From: Curvularia clavata
Taxonomy: Eukaryota
DNA length: 64,000 bases
Direction: 5' to 3'
Assembly: GCA_023920165.1 (NCBI GenBank)
Contig: CP089274.1
Coordinates: forward strand, 5,704,001 to 5,768,000
The notes beneath the pieces were generated by a model. That model ran no database searches. It had not been told where the DNA came from and saw nothing but the letters and a program-made list of their open reading frames with translations. Below are positions 1 to 12,638 of this stretch, in pieces (within the stretch, counting starts at the first letter, position 1; the number at the start of each line of letters is the position of its first letter). The position numbers were made by a program, and so were the translations under genes.

Positions 1-1707
1 CATCACCAACGAAACAATTACTGAGCATGGTCAGAGCGTTGGTTCCGTACAATCGCTTGGGATTGGTTGCGTCCTTTCTACCTGGTGACGTTTTGACCCT
101 TGCGTACTCTGACATCGTTAAAGTTGCCCCAAACCCTTAGCTGTGGCTGTATCATCGAGCATCTGGGAACCCATCTGCACATCGTATTCGGTACTCACTG
201 TTTGATGCTCAACCGAGGTTATCAAGATACTCGCGTCAAGTCAGGTATGTCTTGCACCATTCGCATTGCTCATACATATGCTTAGATACTCGCTTAGCCA
301 GAACGCGCCGGTTTAATCTAAGCAGCTGCATCTGCAGCGTGAATGCACCGAAATCGAATCATTTACCCTCGTAACGGCAAGGATGATTCATCTCAGTAGA
401 CGTACACTGCTTCAAACGCTGTGACACGGCGAATGTGTACTTTTCCCCGGATTCCCTCGCTATCCTGGGGTACGGGCCATCTGGCATTCCCCTGCATATC
501 ACGACGCAACTTACCAAAATGGAGTCTGTCCGGCCAGTCAAGCCAGGATCCACTTGAGGAGCTGAGGTCTAGACTTTGCTGGCACCTATCTACCTTTTTC
601 TTCTGGAATGACTGGGCATTGGGATCTGGAGCGCTCCCAAGCCTCGTTCAAATCTAAAGATTGGCCACCTTTCACAAGAATCAAGGAATCCGGCATATGA
701 CATGTTTACCAAGGCCATCTTGCATTACAAGCGGAAGAGCGATCCCTTTTCATGGCCCAATAGTAGATGAAAGGCAACACGCTCTCTTGTTATTCGTGAT
801 CTGCAGAGGCAACCCTGCATACCAGCTGCCTGATGCCGGATACACAGATTGAGGTGTGGATTGGGCAAATACCGAGCTGAAGTATTGGGAGCTAGTGCAC
901 CGATGCAATCGCGGAGCACCAGCAAGCGCCCACCCCGAGAGGTACACTCTGTTGTACAAATCAATCCACGGCGTTTCGCTAGGACTCAACAGTGCTGCAC
1001 CCATTCTTCCTGCTGATAAGGTTAATGAGTGCTTGATTCCACAACCACACTTCATGAGTTCTGTGAATCAGGGTAAAACACGGAGTTGCGAATGGGCCTG
1101 CATTGCAGAACAAGACTCTGAGAGAGGCAAGAGTCTAGAAGAATATCTTACGAGGCCCGGCGTGCTTACAACAATACATCACAAGCATAGATCGGAACCC
1201 ATTCAGCTCGCGAACTTTCACCCGCACGAGCCAATGGCCTCTTCCGGAACAGCGGATCACTTTCGTTGTGCGCCAAAGCGTTTTCGCGCCCAACAGGTGT
1301 ATCTGTCAAACTCTGGCTGAACAGGTCCCCGTCTGCGAGCGGCACTAGCCCAAACACGGGTGAACTACATACTTTACCCAGATTACAGACATCCCGTATC
1401 AACAGCCTCGAACATACCAATCACCTTACCTGCCCCACCGGGCTAAGTATACCCTGCGCCAAAACGAAGGATGCTGGAAGTTTGGTTCAAATGCTGTGCA
1501 TAGATTGCTTCCGATGTTACCATGCTGTGATCACTCGCCATCCGCTAGGGTCTAGCTGGCGTGTATATATATACCAAGTATACAACGCTGATTATATTCC
1601 TCTTTGCAAGCAGGCAATTATACCAGTACAGTTTTGGTCGTCACTATTTGATCTAGCCCAGAACCCCGCGAGAAACGATAGAGACAAGTAAGAAAGAGAC
1701 AGGAAAG

Positions 1708-2363
1708 ATGCAGTACCGACTGGTTTCTGTCCTTGCCGCAGGCGTGTTGGTCGCCACCACCAGCGCCGCACCCGTCCCGTCGTCCGAGGTAATTACCATC
1801 CTAACTTCGAAGCTTCGTTATCTCGCCTTCAATACTAACTCCAACAGACTATCAGCGCTCCAGCTGACACCATCTCGCTCGGCAACCCCACGTCAGTCGT
1901 CACCTGGGGTAAACGAACCGACGGCACCACCAACCCGGACGATATCCAGGTCACAGAACCCTCGAGCGAGATCATCTGGAGCCGCGACGACACTACCACC
2001 AACCCGGACGACATCCAAGTGACTCAGCCCGGCAGCGAAATCATCTGGGGCAAGAAAGCACGCACCGCTGACGTGTCATTTGAAAAGCCAAAGGACAGCT
2101 TCACCATTGGCAAGCCCAGCTCTGTCGTCACATGGGGCAAGCGCGACACAATTACTAACCCCGACACCATTGAGCTGGGCAACACAGACAGCGAGGTCAC
2201 GTGGGGAAAGCGCGATGGCGCAACGCCTCAGCCCGCAGATAGCATTGAGCTGGGTAACGCCAACTCGGTGGTTACTTGGGGTAAGAAGAGGAGGGGTGAG
2301 GCGAGTAAGCCGAAGGATAGCTTTAACCTTGGTAACGTGGAGACTGAGGTGACGTGGTCTTGA
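1708..2363 (+). CDS. Secreted Kex2-processed repeat protein (KEP) / peptide precursor, 198 aa; exons 1708-1788 and 1848-2363
   Basis: Signal peptide MQYRLVSVLAAGVLVATTSAAP. Intron 1789-1847 (GTAATT...CTAAC...CAG) joins two ORFs in frame. Seven repeats of consensus PxDxIxLGxxxSxVTW(G/S) are followed by KR/R/KK/KKRR. Confidence 0.85.
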
Positions 2364-2847
2364 AGGAAGGTGAGGGGTTGGAGTGTTGGTTGGTATGTGT
2401 GTAAGTGGTAGGGTGGGCAAGGGTACAGAGGAACATGGTGATGGGTATTTTCTAGCAAAAGAGAATGTATTTATTAGGTTATGCATTTTGTTGTTCTTGA
2501 ACACGACGATGAGTGATGCTTCATGTTTGTTGAGAGAAGTGTGTCTGTGCAACAAAAAACAAACTGCATCCTGGAAAACTTGAACACTCTCTTGTTGCCA
2601 AAATCTGTGTTGGCTCTCGATTCAGTTTACTCGTTGTGACTTTCGACTCGCATATGCGCGTGTCGTTGGTGGATAGCCCGACTTTTATTAAACTCCAAAC
2701 TCCAAACACAAATGCCCCCATCACCTATCCGTGCACCAAGGAGTATCAGCTAGTTCTTACACTATACCTCACGACCTCCACAGAACTTCAGCAATTTATT
2801 ATGCGTGACACAGCTCATTTTTGTAGAAATTATACCCCATCGCAGAA

Positions 2848-3927
2848 CTAGCCTTTACGGTACCAGTTCTCTTCGGGGTCTCCCAGACACTCGCCCATTG
2901 TGACTGCTTTGAGGCCCTTACTGTAGATGTAATCAAGCATATACTTGGTCAAGTCTTGAGCGGAGGTCTTATGGATATCATGGGCAATGGCTAGTCTCTT
3001 GCCTGAATCGATGCCCTTTTTGAATTTGTTCTTTGCAGTTTGGATCTTACTGGCTGCGAGGTTGTTGTAGTCTGAAAGATGTTAGATGTTGTACTCTGAG
3101 AACTGGGTCATTGAAGTTGTGGTTTCTTGTGTTCGGTGATTGAGGTAGCTTTCAAAGGAAACAAACATACCGTCGGTGTCAACGTCAAAATACGCAATAA
3201 CGTAACCCAGGTCCGCCATGACGCGCTCACACTGGCTGTCGCAGGAAGAATATGGTGGACGCATGTATGTGGGGAAACGACCAAGGATGTTTCGAATAGC
3301 CATTTCGTTCCTTACCATGTCGTCGTAAATCTCTGCTTTGGTGCTTTCGGAGAGATCTGGGTGGCTCCATGAATGCGATGCTACCTGATGGCCTTTATCG
3401 TACATCCTCTTCACGACACTGGCCCATTTCTTGTCTATGGCGCCCCTGCCGAGGTTGTTTCCGGTAACGAAGAAAGTGGCGCGGCCTCCCTTGGCTTCAA
3501 ACTGATTCATGATGCCTTCAGTGTATGTGTACGGTCCGTCGTCGTATGTGATGGCGACCATGCCGGGTTTCGTACAGGCGTAGACACCTGCGCCGCCGTA
3601 GGGTATCTTGCCAAGCTGGGGTCGGCGGATGTTTCGCGTGCTCTTGCCGGACGGGGTAGTGTTGGCATCGCATGCAGGTCCAAATCTGAATTGGCAGTCA
3701 GGTGCCTTGCAGTGATCCTTTGTAGTTCCACAGTATCCAGTTGACGAGCAGCATTCGTTCTTTCCGCAGACTTGATTGCCGTGATTGGGGCCGCAACGTT
3801 CGTTTGCCCCCCTGGAGCTTATGGTAGCAAAGGGATCGCGAGCTCGAAGTTGGCTTGGTGTGTCTGCTCCATAAGCGGCGGCGAGCGGAGCCAGCAGTGA
3901 GATGGCAATGACTTTTGAGAAATGCAT
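2848..3927 (-). CDS. Secreted chitin deacetylase (CE4 NodB domain) with N-terminal hevein-type CBM18; intron 3072-3170
   Basis: Signal peptide; CGxxxCCSxxGYCG chitin-binding motif; CE4 motifs TYDDGP, HSWSHP, RPPY. Exon 2 supplies IAHDIH and ends ...GECLGDPEENWYRKG*. Confidence 0.93.
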
Positions 3928-4728
3928 TTTCAGGGACCACGTAGTCAAACACGAGTTTCTGTTCTTTGTTCTTGTATGAGCCAGAACTGAAGTTAAGAAC
4001 GCGAAGGTGGAGACCAATATGCTTTTATAGAAAACTACAGAGGAGGCTAGAAGACAAACAACCAGGTTTTACGCTAGGAAACAACAGGGCAAAGCAATTG
4101 ATGAACTCAAAGAGAACATGGTCCAAGGCGCTTCTACCACTGAGGTTCATCAGTGCTGATCAAGGGGCGGACTCTGGTCCAACCACTCAGAGCGAAGTAC
4201 TCTTTAGATTGAAAGATCTGGGTTAGTTTTGATTTGTGGTGGTTGAAGCAAAAAAGTATGAAAGTAGATTGGGAATTGTTAATAATCTCGACTTGATTTC
4301 AGTGACGCATTCCTGGAGTTATCTTGAATCCTTTATGTATGAAGAAAAGAGGTGGTGGTGTTTTGTTGAGGGGACATGTCCAAGGCGTGAACCGCAGTTG
4401 GATGCCAAGGTGGCTGCTCGTGGGCATTGTCCATGTGATCGACTCGGGATGCTGGCCCCGGTTTGACGATCGATTTTCCCGTCACTGCTGTATGATGGTC
4501 TCGATTCTACAGTGAGCGGGAAGAGAAAAGTAAGAAAAAATGGGGGTTCTCCAGACGCACCCGGTAGGCTAGTGGTGGAATGTTATAGTCTAGATGTACA
4601 AGTGGAATCTAATGGTTTTCAGAGGAGCATATTGGAAGAGACACGTAGAAGCACTCTCAAGTAATTGTGTTGCTAATTCAAGTATACGATTAGTATCTGC
4701 TGCGCTACAGAGATTTGTAGCCGTCATG

Positions 4729-4750
4729 GTTATTGTTGTTGTTGTTGTTG
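4729..4750. repeat. Short imperfect (GTT)n microsatellite
   Basis: gttattgttgttgttgttgttg. Confidence 0.7.
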
Positions 4751-6073
4751 CGGTCTTTGTCGTTGTGAGAGGGATCGACTAGCACGCGCCGTTTGGCCGT
4801 GCTCGAGGACGTCATTGGCTCGGCGCCTCCCGCACGTGCATTACCCACTTGGGCATAGAGACAGTGAGAGACGGCTTACTCGACTACCTTCCATCTCACC
4901 CGGACTTGTATCTATTCATCTATTCATCTATCCAAGGACGTAAATCGCAGAAAGTGCTCATTCCGCAGCCATCCAGGCGCCGGCAAGGGGCTTGTCTGGA
5001 GAAATATTGATCAGGGGATACAAAGGCTATTTTGGGCCCAGAGCTGCATTGGCGTGCCAGAGCCGGGTGGGGCGCAGGGGCTGCGGGTGAGTGTTTGTGG
5101 CTGGTGAGGCCCCAAGTGGCCCTGGTTCGATAATTCTTGTTTTACCACGCCAGGCCCTTTGACTCGCTGAATCCGTGGAAACGTTTTACAGTGTGCTGGG
5201 AGCACAGGACGCACTGGCATCGGACCACTTGTTGCCGTCATGGGCGCTCTTCCTGGCCTCAGCTCCCCGTTATGAGGTCTACGTCTCAACCAGACAAGCT
5301 CATGTCCATAAACAAACATGCCCCCAGAATCAACAGGAGGCCTGGCCAGGGATGAAGACAAGAAGCATTTCTTCCAAGACCCGAGCGATGCGCTGAAACG
5401 CGCCCGTCGTCTAAATAAACCCACGCACCAGGCGTCGCCAAAAGAGGGCTAAGTCCGGGAACCCCTCATCTGATCCCATACGATTCGAATCAATACCGGC
5501 CCCCGGCAAGCCGCTACCATCCGGATACATACGAGTCGGGTCACAATGTGGCTAAGTGCAGGAGAAGGAGCAGAAGGGCGAGGAGCAAGACAGGGCGTTG
5601 CCTGCTGCATGTACAAGAAAGGGGTTTGAGATATCGTCACCTGCCCATGTCGCGCATCCTGTTCTCGTGGTTACACGGGTAGGCTAGGTAGTGGATTGAA
5701 TTGCCAACTGCGCCTCACCCGACTGCTGTGTTTGGCCAGCAAAAGCACAAACAGTAGCCGCGTCTGGACTGGTGTGGCGCTTGCGGGGGCTTGACGGCCA
5801 CGCTCCACCCCATCTACGCCTTCGTATAATATACCCTGGCACCCCAGCGTCACTGGTTACCTCGCGCATCCTTTGCGTCGTCAAGGGCTCCGTGTACCAA
5901 TATTTCCTGGATTGTCATTCTTCACTTCTTTCATTGACCTTGATTGAACAATCTTCTTGTATACCAATACTGGACTAATCATCACCCGTCTGTTCCGTTT
6001 CTACATACCCTATTTTTCTACTTTTACCTTTCTGTGCAAGAACACGCAGAAACAGTCCTCCTCTCTGTTCAAC

Positions 6074-7219
6074 ATGTCCCGCCTCCCACCGCTCGGAGCT
6101 CTGCTCCTCCCTCTAGCCACGCTGCTCATTCCCTCCGTTCACGCCACAAGCCCCTACACCAGCACCATGAGCGAAACACCAAAAGACAACAACGCAGACT
6201 GCGACTGCTATGTCGTCCAATCCGGATCCGAAGCCCCAGAGTACTTCCAATTCTACCGCTTCTATGACTTCCGCAGTCTCCCTAATCCCCTCGACACCTC
6301 ACCACCACCCATCAACGAGTCACAAAATGCCGGCCAACTACCCGTCTGGCAGCCCGACCTATTCAACAGTGATGCCTGGAACTTTGACTGGGGCATTCAA
6401 AACTGGAGCAAGCCCGCTACCGAGGACTTCCCTGTGCCCATGGCCAACTCGCCCGCAAACATCTATCTCGGCTCCCAAGACTCAGACACCTCGTACCTAG
6501 CCCTGCGCACCTCGCGCCTATCCTCGTACCAAAACGCCGGCGAAATCGAGAACCAGCAAAAGAACGTCATGCACGCCTCGCTCCGCATGTCCGGCCGCGT
6601 TCAAGGTGCATCAGGCGCCGTAGCCGGCTTCTTCACCTTCTTTGACGACACCAACGAATCCGACATTGAGATTCTGACCCAAGACCCCAAGGACAAGATC
6701 CGGTACACGAACCAGCCTGCCGTGGACAAAGGCGGCAACGAAATCGCCGCTGCATCGCTGGACCCGACCAACCTGCCCCACTGGGACGACTGGCAAACGC
6801 ACCGCATCGACTGGCTGCCCAAGAAAAGCTTCTGGTTCCTCAATGGCGACCAGGTGGCGCAGAACACGTACTCTGTGCCCCGCGAGCCCTCGTTCCTCGT
6901 GCTCAACATGTGGAGCGACGGGGGTGAGTGGAGCGGCAACATGACCCGTGGCGATGCAGCAGAGTTTCACATCCAGTGGATTGAAATGACGTTTAATACC
7001 TCTGGTCCGTATGAGGGGAAGAGCCAGGACAGAAATGACAAAGCCAAGGTCAAGAGGAAGGCGGACAAGGGGTGCAAGACGGTATGCAGGATTGACGGGG
7101 TCAAGCAGGTGGGATTTCCCGAGGTGGCGCACAAGGGTGGTGCTATTGCGAATGCAGGCGTTTCATGGGTGGTTGTGCTTGGAGTTGTGGGTGCTGTGTC
7201 CGTTCTTACGGGCATGTGA
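6074..7219 (+). CDS. GH16 family glycoside hydrolase/transglycosylase, secreted, probable GPI or C-terminal membrane anchor
   Basis: Signal peptide; ExDxE catalytic motif (NESDIEIL); WQTHRIDW and LNMWSDGGEWSG motifs; hydrophobic C-terminus. Confidence 0.88.
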   Translation: MSRLPPLGALLLPLATLLIPSVHATSPYTSTMSETPKDNNADCDCYVVQSGSEAPEYFQFYRFYDFRSLPNPLDTSPPPINESQNAGQLPVWQPDLFNSDAWNFDWGIQNWSKPATEDFPVPMANSPANIYLGSQDSDTSYLALRTSRLSSYQNAGEIENQQKNVMHASLRMSGRVQGASGAVAGFFTFFDDTNESDIEILTQDPKDKIRYTNQPAVDKGGNEIAAASLDPTNLPHWDDWQTHRIDWLPKKSFWFLNGDQVAQNTYSVPREPSFLVLNMWSDGGEWSGNMTRGDAAEFHIQWIEMTFNTSGPYEGKSQDRNDKAKVKRKADKGCKTVCRIDGVKQVGFPEVAHKGGAIANAGVSWVVVLGVVGAVSVLTGM

Positions 7220-7723
7220 ATAGCCCGATCAACAGAATGAAAAAAAAAAGAGAGAACGGCCGCTTACTGCATTGCATCTTTGAATCGATACCATGTAACT
7301 ATTAAGATACCCATGCCTCACTTCTTTGTTGAACACGAATAAAAAAAACATTTGCGTATCATTTGTCCAACCAACTCCCTTCCCCTCCCCCCTTACCCTG
7401 AAAATACAATCATCAATGTCGACTATCGTACAGTTACAAGGTCATGACCAACGTCACATTCGCAAGTCATTTCCTCATCCAACCAATTCTCTGCAGCTCC
7501 CCGGGGTATTCAACATCTCCTCCTTCTTCATTCGTCATTTCAGCTAAAACGAAAAGCAGGGAGCCGGAATGTAAGTAACAATATATACACACATTCTTTT
7601 TCTTGTCACTTTCACGCCCCCCTTGGTGTCCGGCTCATGTCACTTCGTTGTCATCGTCTATTGGTAGTTGCGATGCAGTCATTTTTCTTCTATAGGAATC
7701 CCACTTCTTGCTTTGACTTTTTT

Positions 7724-9155
7724 TTACAAAAAGTACTCGCCGCGGCCTCCACGGCCTGCGGGGACGGCACGCTTATGATCGGGGACGGCAGAAAAGATTT
7801 GGAACTCCGGTTTCAGGTCCTCGCCAAGGTTCATGATGGAGGCGACGTTGCCGCATCGATAGCAGTAGTTGGGTGCTGACCAGACGGTTACCACATCCTT
7901 GTCTTTGAAGTGGTATTTGTAGCCTTCGTTGACTAGTTGATGAGCCCGTGCAATCAGCTGTAGGCCATTGACATGGTTGAACTATATAGTGGTTAGCTTT
8001 GATTAGGCTGATAAGTCAGACAGACAAACATACCTCGGAAGAGACCTTGTCTCCAAACAACCATCCCGCGCCTCGAGGAGATACCGCCCATGTGTCGACG
8101 TCTTCGGGGTCACTCCACACGAGATCGCAAAAGGCACCCTCATGGGGAATTTCCTGGGCTCGGGCAACGACGCGGATCTGGTCCAATGTGCGGATCTCCG
8201 GGCTCAGTCCGCCGTGGACACAAAGAACCTTTCCGTCAACTATGGCGGCTAGGGCGAGGAAGTCGAAGACCTGACAGCAGGCCTTCCATACCGAGGCGTT
8301 GCCGTACTTGGTCTGGCACTCCTCATAGAAACCATAGACCTGGGTGATTTGTCTCGACTCGTGGTTCCCACGGACAAGTGTGACACGGTCTGGGAATCTG
8401 TACGTGGTCAGCACGCCCACGCTCGTATGCTGGGTGACAGGGCAGGCTTACTTTGCCTTGAGGCACATGAGAAGGGTGAAGGTTTCTAAGCTAAAGTAGC
8501 CGCGGTCCACAAAGTCACCGAGGAAAATAAAGTTCTGTTGGCCGTTTCCTCCGACCGTATTCTTGTTGGAGCCAGCATCTGATGCTGAGCCAAAGCTGCG
8601 CCTGTCGTTGACGCTCCGGGTGCGGCCCCGCTCTTCCTCGTCATCGTCATCACCCTCTTCGTCGCCGTCGCCACCTGGAGGGCTCGCAGGCCCCGTGTAG
8701 TTGGGGTCGCGCTGGAACCTCCGCTTCATTTTGCGCTTGACCTTTGGGTCTGTGATGCTTGTAGGGGGCTCGAGATCGGCAGGATTGATTGTGCTGGGTA
8801 TTGTGACTGGCTGTGTAAGGGGTGCGGTTGGGGTATCGCTGGGCATGCCGCCAGCGACACGGAAGAGCTCGAGCAGGTCGTAGAACTGGCCGTGGATGTC
8901 GCCGCACACGGTGACCGGGGTGCGTACGGGCTGGATGTTTGACTCTGGGGGAGCGTGTTAGCGCCGTGTTGCAAGAAGCGCGACGACAGCGTCTTCACCT
9001 TCCATCAAACACTCCTTGACAATCTCGCAGAGGCGCTTCATGTCGCCCTCGGGCAGGTACTTGCACTGCTTGGCCTGCTCGAGCCATTCGTCGGGCCCGG
9101 CGCCCTTTGCCAGGCGGGCAGGCCCTGGCTGGGGAACGTCATGATCTTTGCCCAT
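7724..9155 (-). CDS. PPG1: PP2A-related Ser/Thr phosphatase catalytic subunit (Ppg1/PP2Ac1 type), about 3 introns (8945-8998, about 8398-8451, about 7983-8034)
   Basis: PPP motifs GDIHG, GDFVDRG, RGNHE, HGGLSP, WSAPNY; C-terminal EYFL*; long insertion after GDIHG. Confidence 0.88.
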
Positions 9156-9787
9156 AGTCGTCGTCGTCGCTGTAGTTGTCGTGTGCGAGCGAAGGTGGGG
9201 GTGGGCGAGGGGGAGGGAGGAGGATGGGGGCCAGGCGGGAAAAACAAAAGTCCGGGGCCCGGTGACCGTAAGCGTAAGCGTAGGTGGGCGTATATGTAGG
9301 CGTGTATAGGCGGAGGAGAGAGGTGGTGGTGGTGGTTGTAGTGGGGCGATTACACACCTGGAGCGACCATGGGGGAAGGCGCAGGGCGGCTCTGATGCAA
9401 GGCCCTCGGCGCTTGCCGGCGCACCTCGTCCGCTCTTTCTTGCTGAAGACGCGCCCACTGCGCCCATCGCTCCTGCCGTTGCTGGTGTGCGTCATTGCCA
9501 TTTCCACCGTTGTTGTTTGTTATTGTCGCACTTGTTGTACAGCCATTGTCGCTGCCCACCACGCCTTCGCCCTCTCTCTCTCATCCACGCCCACAAACCC
9601 AATGTTCCCTCGTACCCAACACCCCTCTCCCCTCGACCACCTCGCTCTCTCACTGCGACTCTCGCCTTAAGCACTCCGCGTACGGTACTCGCCACGCGGC
9701 AAATACAGCCCGCCACTGAGCCACAGGACTGCCCTGCCCACGAGGCTGCTCCCCGCACATACAAGGCCGACAATTGCTGTGCCCGCC

Positions 9788-11707
9788 ATGGCCCCTCCAC
9801 CAGGCCCCAACGGCGGCGTCCTGCCCGTCGCGCTGCTTCAGAAGAACACCCCAGCCCAGACCCCCCGCGGCCCAAAGCCCCCGCAGCCCCGCCTCAAGCT
9901 CATCTGTCGCCGCCTGCCCCCAGGCCTCACAAAGACCGAGTTTGTCCAGGCCCTGGGCGACGAGTGGAAGCTGGGCGCCGGCAAGATTGACTGGATCAAC
10001 TACAGGAAGGGCAAGATATCCACAGAGTACCTTCCCCCACACCACTCCGACCACTTCCTTCAACCATGTTAACATGATCCCAGCGCCGCCAAACCCTCCA
10101 AGCCAGCCCGCGCCTACCTGCACGTCACCAAGCAGGACCATGTACGCGCTCTCGGCGACCATGTCCGCACCCTCACGTTCCACGACGCCGCAAAGTCATG
10201 GCAGGATCCCGTCCTTGTCGGTCCCCCAACGCTTGAATACGCCCCTTACCCTAAGATGCCTGGTGGCCGGCGTAGGAACGACAACCGCCAGGGCACCATC
10301 GACCAGGACCAAGAGTTCAAGGACTTTTTAGAGAGCCTCACCAACCCCATCACTAAGCCTGTTGCGACTGAAAACGAAGCTCCCAAGGACAAGGTCAAGA
10401 CTACGCCATTGATTGAGGCCCTTCGCGAGAAAAAGGCCAACAGGGACAAGCCCAATTCAAAGGCCAACCGACAGGCTCGCGGAGAGGCCAAGGACGACAC
10501 TGCCGAGCGTGGAGAGAAGAAGATTCTGACAAAGTCCGCAAAGGAGAATGCTGCTAATTCCAACGAAAAGAGCCGCCGTTCCAACAAGGCTGACAAGGCT
10601 CAAGCCACCAAGGATGCTGTCAAGATTCTCAACAAGGAAGCCTCTTCTGCCAAAGCCTCTGCCGCTGCAAACTCGACTGACAAAGCCTCTGCAAGTCCAG
10701 CGCCGGAACGTAAGCGTGGAAACGTCGCCCTCGCAAAATCAATGCTGCAACGCGATCTAGGAGTGGCACCGGCTCCCAACCGTCGTCGTGGCACCAAGCG
10801 TGAGGTCAGCTCAGCCACTGCCGACACTGCTACTCAAGCAAAAGAGGCCAAGGTGACCGAGGAAAAGCCCAAGGACGTACCTGCCCCGCCACCAGCTGCA
10901 TCCTCTACTCCGGACAAGTCCACGCAGGCCAACAGGAAAGAACGGCCAACACGTGCCGAACGACGTGCGTTCAAGGCGAACCAGGCGGACAAAAACAATG
11001 ACAAGGCGACGACGAGTGATGTGAAATCGCAGACACCACTAAAGACGCCGGCTCCCCAGATACTTAAAAAGCCCCAGTCGGCTCAGACTTCAAACCCACC
11101 AAAAGGTCCAGGCGCCTCGAGAGCTCCGCCATCACAGCCTGCTGCTGCTACTAATGCTAAGAACACCCCTGCTCCAGCACAATCCCAGGCTACTCCCACA
11201 AAAACGGAAAATACCCAAACTCCGGCGGCCAATAACACACCAAAAACGGCGTCGACACCCTCTGCACCGGCACCTACTAGCAAGCAAGCCTTCCTCAAAC
11301 ATGCCAATCCTAGCCAGGGAATCACCGAGCCTCTCATCGAAGAAGCCATGAAGCTCTTTGGCGGTATTGACAAGGTCGAGATTGACAAGCGCAAGGGTTT
11401 CGCCTATGTCGACTTCACCGAGCCCCAGGGTCTTCAAAAGGCCATGGCTGCCAGCCCCATCAAGATTGCCCAGGGCGCTGTCCAGGTACTCGAGCGAAAG
11501 GAAAAGGCTGCTAGAAACCCCCGCTACGGGCCTACCCCACCTGGCCCTGCTCGCGGTGGAGGTCGTGGCAACTTTGCAACTCGTGGAGGACGGGGCGGAC
11601 GTAACGCTGGGAGAGGCGGAGGCCAGGCTGGCGCCAGTCCAGCAGCTGGTGCTAGTGATTCTGCTCCTGCTGTTGCTTCACCCGCTCCTGCATCAGTCGC
11701 CACGTGA
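9788..11707 (+). CDS. UPF3: Smg-4/UPF3 family nonsense-mediated decay factor with C-terminal RRM and RGG tail; intron 10027-10083
   Basis: N-terminal RLKLICRRLPPGLT...KPARAYL...EYAPYPK...GTIDQDQEFKDFLESL is typical of UPF3; RNP1-like KGFAYVDF near the C-terminus. Confidence 0.85.
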
Positions 11708-12638
11708 ATGGGGACATTTGCTTCTTGTATTGGAAGAGATCACCAGCGCTGGATATCACAGCGAGTTTACGGGAATTTCACTTGGCCAACCGCAATGCTT
11801 GTGAAAGATCTTTACCGCCGCAGCAATGAGCATCGCTCTACGACTATCCCGCATGCCCATCCATCATCGATACAACGTGAACAGACTTGACTCGAACAAG
11901 CACATTCCCAGGCAGTCTCAGACATTGTCATGGATCACATGTATATACCGAGTATGCATATCAACCACTAGCATCGGTTTTGGAAGCACAAGAGAGTGGA
12001 AGAAAAGAAGGAAGAGGAGATGTGGGCTATGTAGCGGTTACACAGGCATGAATTGACAGCAAAATCGTTTCTTCCCATTCTTCTCTTTCAAGAGGATGAG
12101 AAAGGAGTCTAGGCAAGCATTTTTCACGGTTCCACGTGTATTTATATATGTAGGAAGTAGTGTAATGGAGTCCTGTCGAGATGCCTGCTACATGTCCGCT
12201 TGTAGATCATAGTGACGCCTTGCAATCCTTTTCTTGCTGAAAGAATACCTGAAGAAACGACTTGATCCGAAGATTATGTGAACTGTAATGATTGAGAGTA
12301 ATTTTATATTACATCATATAGCATCATGTCAATCACACAGCACCCAAAATACAGCATAGATGATTTAGCCTTTTCTATACGATATGCAGCGTACGCTAAC
12401 TAGCTCATCAAACATTCCAACGAAGAAAAGGCTCTGCCCGATCGAGCCATGTATGTATTCGACATGAAAGCGCGCAAGAAAAAAAAAACGTAAACATGCT
12501 CAGGTCTTGCGCCAATTAGTTAAAAAAAAAGATCATGTGGTCGCACCTGATGTATATGTATGCTTTGAGAAAACACGTAGTTTAGGGCTCTTTTTTTTCT
12601 CCCGCCCTACAGCACCGTCATGATAATCCACTACTCTC

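Noticed and set aside
1..1700. Several ORFs of 61-154 aa upstream of the KEP (possible tailoring genes)
   Set aside because: No recognisable motifs (no HxxHC DUF3328 signature), no coding-like composition and no convincing splice chain.
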